The position numbers were made by a program, and so were the translations under genes. A stretch of DNA of 63,313 nucleotides, counting the filler, from Reclinomonas americana ATCC 50394 (Eukaryota), in NCBI GenBank assembly GCA_048213135.1. It is 13 parts of 13 records of this genome, joined end to end, with 100 filler letters (N's around TTAATTAATTAA, not from the genome) between each part and the next. Parts side by side here need not be neighbours in the genome. Positions count along the whole stretch, not along the records: positions 58,015 to 61,286 come from AFZH01020995.1; positions 61,387 to 63,313 come from AFZH01020997.1; 11 more parts are not named here. One strand, written 5' to 3'. This document shows, in pieces, positions 59,558 through 63,313 of this stretch; position 1 is the stretch's first letter; every line of letters starts with the position of its first letter. The notes beneath the pieces were generated by a model, which was not told where the DNA came from, did not search any database, and saw only the letters and a program-made list of their open reading frames with translations.

Positions 59558-59593
<36 letters not shown>

Positions 59594-62500
59594 GTCTCTT
59601 CGACTCTGTCCACAAAGGGGGCAACATCCTCCGGCGGAACCAACAAGAAACGCTTGGGGTTCTCCTCCGATGCACAGAAAGTCAACAACTCCACTGCTGT
59701 GAGTCTCGTCTGCTTTCGTGACGGCACAAAGATAATCACTGCAATACGCAGCGTAAGAAACAACAAGCAGACGGAAACCTAAACACGGGACGGCGTAGCG
59801 CAAACCTGGCTTTTCTCGAGGTACCGACTTCACAGCGAGGAAGGTCGGCTTGCTCATGGCCAACATGCGTGACTGGTACGTCGGTTGATCAAAGCCCTGG
59901 ATACGAACATCCAGCGGCACAGGGCGCACGTTGGGGTGGAAGTTGAAGATTGCCGACGAAGGCGCTCCAATCCAGTCGCCCGCGTCACGCGCGTTCGCCA
60001 GCGATGACGAAAGTGCCACAATACTGTGAATGCATCCCGACATCAGCAAGTGATGAAAAGAATGAGTCGCCGATGGGCACGCACCGAAGGCCATTGGGCA
60101 ATTCGGGCGCCATTTGCCGCGCACGCGACACCACCACCTCCAGCGTCGGGCCCTTCTCACCACCAATCAGGTGCAGCTCGTCGACAATGAACAGCGTGAC
60201 TGCTTGGACGTGCTTGCGCGAGCGCCAGCGGCGACTGACCACATCCCACTTCTCTGCTGAGGCGACAATCACCTCGCCCACCTCGCTGACAGACGCAATA
60301 ATCAAGAGCGTTGAGCGCACTTGTCGTCAGCGGATGAGGCACGCAGTGGTAAGAGACGCAACACAAGCTTCAAGTCGACGGCATTCTCGCCAGTCAGCTT
60401 CACCACACGACGACCGAGGAGTCGACCGAACCGATTCTCCCAGTCTCCAAAGCGCTCGTTGGCAATCGCATCCGTGGGTGCGACATACACAATCTTCGGT
60501 ACGTGGTCCTGCAGCAGAACGGGTACATCAGTGACACGAATTTCACGCTGCACGTTGTGTCGTTGGAACAGCAAAAACTCAACAGGATCGGCCTTGGCCA
60601 GGTTGAACGAGCGCAGCATGGCAAACTCGGCGCAGACGGTCTTGCCGCTGCCGGTTGGTGCACACACCAAAACATTGTCGTTTGAGTTGTACAACGAGTT
60701 GAACACCTACGAGCACGCCAAAGTAAGCAACAAACTCTGACAAACGGAGGGGGGACGAGCGAGGGATACAGAACTTGAGTCTGAATGGGATTGAAGAAGC
60801 GGAAGCCACGGTACAGCTGCTCGATTTCCGCATTGCGAAGAGCAGACACTGGCAACGGCTGCAAATCGAGCAGCTCCGTGTGCGGCGGGTACTTTTCAGG
60901 CAAGATCAAATGGCGGAACGACACCGGGAGCAGGCTCTCGGAACCTGGCGTATCATGGGGAAAGAAACGGAGAAGTGAGTAGCGAGACGCACACGGCAAC
61001 ACAAGAGACAGGCGCGCACCAATCCAGCGATCCGACACCACTCGGATAAAGTACTGGGGCGGAAGGGGCTCGGAGATCGGCACAGTGAACATCATGAAGT
61101 GCTCGTCTTCCACATAACGACCCTTCAGAATAAAAGGCCTGCATGCACGGCGCATTAGCCTCCACGCCGCCACATCACACTTATCTCACAAGCACTCTGC
61201 GCAACTCGTAGTGCAAAATGTGCTCCGCGTCGCCGTCTTCCACGAGCACCAAGAATGGCTCTGCATGGCCATGCAGCTAGAAGAGGNNNNNNNNNNNNNN
61301 NNNNNNNNNNNNNNNNNNNNNNNNNNNNNNTTAATTAATTAANNNNNNNNNNNNNNNNNNNNNNNNNNNNNNNNNNNNNNNNNNNNGGTTATGTCGAGCC
61401 GTACCTTCTCGTAGGTGATTTCGTCCATCAGCTGCATGCGCTTCAGTGCCTTGCGCTCCGTCACGCCAATGTACTGCTGCGTCAGTGGCACCGGGCGGTA
61501 GCTGGACGGGAAGTGGAAGAGACCTGCAGAGACCGCACATCAGTGCTGCATCAGCGTGGCAACAATGAAATCTGCGCTCTCACCGGTCTCGGGGTTGACG
61601 CGCAGGAATGCGGCAACATCGCGATAATTCGGCAGTGTGGCCGAAAGACCCACAATGCGAATCATGTCCTGCGTGGTCTCGACCTGGCGGATCGTGCGTG
61701 CCACGATTGACTCAAGCACAGGGCCACGAGAATCGTGCAACAAGTGAATCTGCCCAGCAGTTAGTATTCGTGAATGAAGCACAGAAAACATAGTATATTT
61801 TCAGGCCGTACCTCGTCAATGATGAGCAACTTCACCATTTGCGTGTACGTGCGGTCGCCAGACTTGCGCGTCACAATGTCCCACTTTTCCGGTGTCGTCA
61901 CAATGATTTGCGTCTCCTGGATTTGCTGCTTTGACAGCTGCATATCGCCGGTCAACTCACGCACAATCAGGCCTGCCGCAGGAGGGAGAAACCACACACG
62001 CAAGCGTAAGTTTTTCTCGGCACACAGTGTCAAAAGACAACAACAACAACAACAACAACAATGAATGTTGCATGTGCGCGCACCGTAATCCTTCAGTCGG
62101 TTGCCAAAGTTCAACACGACTTCGCTGACCAGCGCCTTCATGGGGGCCACATACACGATCTTGAAGGCGTCCTTGTCGATTGTGCCGTCGGCATGTCGGT
62201 GCATGGCAAGCTCGTGAAGAATGGCCAGCAATGCAACGTTGGTCTTGCCGGAACCTGCAACAATGCAAAGTCAGTGACACACGCACATGCCGAAAGCACA
62301 ATGCTGTACTGACCGGTGGGAGCACACAGCAAGAAGTTGTCCGCGTTGTGGTAGGCAGCGTTGAACAACTTGCTCTGCACACGGTTGAAGTGCGGGATGG
62401 AGCCGAAAGGGGCACGCGCCCACTCTGGCAACTCCTTGACTTCAATCAGTCGCTCGCCGGCCTCCAGAGTCGTGTTGGCCGGGTGCGGCACATGGACCTC

Positions 62501-63313
62501 CTCGTAGCCTTTCTTGGTGGTGCGGAACGAGCCCTGCGGCAATTTGACCTTCTTGTTGCTCATGAAACGACCGCCCTGCTCGAACTCAAGAGTCTCCAGA
62601 TCCAGCAAGTGTCGTGAACGAAGAGCGTTGGCCTCGGTTTCTGCGAAAAAAACACCAGTCAGGGAGCCACGCCGGAGGCAAAAGCTGTAGCAATGGCAAG
62701 ACAAACCAGCAACGGCAGCACTGGCGGCCGCAGACGAAGCCGAGCGACGAGACTCGGCGCGACCCGCAGCTGTCGATGTGGCAGCCGAGGACGACGGTCC
62801 ATTCTCGCGCTCGTCAAGAATGAGTGACAGCGTCGGATCCTCGCGCATTTCGTCGGCGATGACCTTGTACTCGTCCTCGGTCTTGGCGCGCGCCAGACGC
62901 GTGCAATACAACACTGGTCGCCCCGCAACATCACGTGTGAGCAGCAGTTGTAGAACGAAGAAGAAAATCACGCATGGCACACAGCGGTAACCTTTGGTCT
63001 TGTTGCGCAGCAGCATCTTGATAAAATCGAACTTGTCATAGTCCAACAACTCGACCAGCTGGTTCTCGCACTCGCGCTCATCGTCCAGTGCCAACGCATT
63101 CAGTACTGCGACAAAGAGTGAGATCGAGAGAATACAACAATGCACAACGGCAGGAAATGCACGCACCTTCATCGGCCAACGCCATGGAGCGGTGGTGGTC
63201 AGTGACGTACTGTGAGATCTGTCGCTGCAGCCAATAAGCATCGATGGAAGTCGGATCGACGTAGCCACCGTCGCGCTGCTGGCGGCGATCAAACTGTCCC
63301 CCGTCGAGATCAC
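58058..63313 (-). CDS. SNRNP200: U5 snRNP 200-kDa helicase Brr2 (partial at both ends, internal gap)
   Basis: [67 protein letters not shown]; Sec63 region [16 protein letters not shown]; second cassette [44 protein letters not shown]. Confidence 0.98.

Noticed and set aside
58543..61205. Non-canonical G|TT introns as an explanation of the GTTGCG sites
   Set aside because: Conserved residues and frame (AAYYY at 58543, DLKLV-EVG at 60362, GTS in the S53 gene) require cleavage before the GT with normal AG acceptors.
17879..61386. Recurring TTAATTAATTAA flanked by Ns as a biological repeat or CRISPR-like array
   Set aside because: Identical 100-nt artificial linkers with stops in all six frames.
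1..63313. rRNA, tRNA, CRISPR arrays or prokaryotic operons
   Set aside because: None recognised; the gene structure is spliceosomal-intron eukaryotic throughout, and most short ORFs in the track are antisense shadows of GC-rich exons.

Overview
Scaffolded draft assembly of an intron-rich, GC-rich unicellular eukaryote (taxon not identifiable from this window): 13 contigs joined by twelve 100-nt N/TTAATTAATTAA/N linkers. Main finding: the minus strand of 223-15396 can be spliced by hand into one frame-consistent gene of about 31 exons and about 3,680 aa. It carries the motifs of a Fanzor2/TnpB-type RNA-guided nuclease, with an intact RuvC D-E-D triad and zinc finger at the C-terminus and more weakly supported WED/REC-like motifs at about 10,550-12,380. 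The two halves are separated by a roughly 2,250-aa insert built mostly from symmetric phase-1 exons, and a structured non-coding region lies downstream where an omegaRNA is expected. Second finding: introns following a non-G exon base mostly start GTT-N-N-G (GTTGCGT, GTTGAGT), a shifted-register 5' splice-site class. The rest of the window holds an FN3 protein, a decayed RLE-type non-LTR retrotransposon, BiP, a RasGAP-BCH-RhoGAP fusion, a membrane-anchored S53 peptidase, a WDR41-like gene, a giant NHL/IPT-like surface protein next to TMEM260, a TPR protein, several hypothetical genes and Brr2/SNRNP200. All gene models are manual splice reconstructions without transcript or database support.
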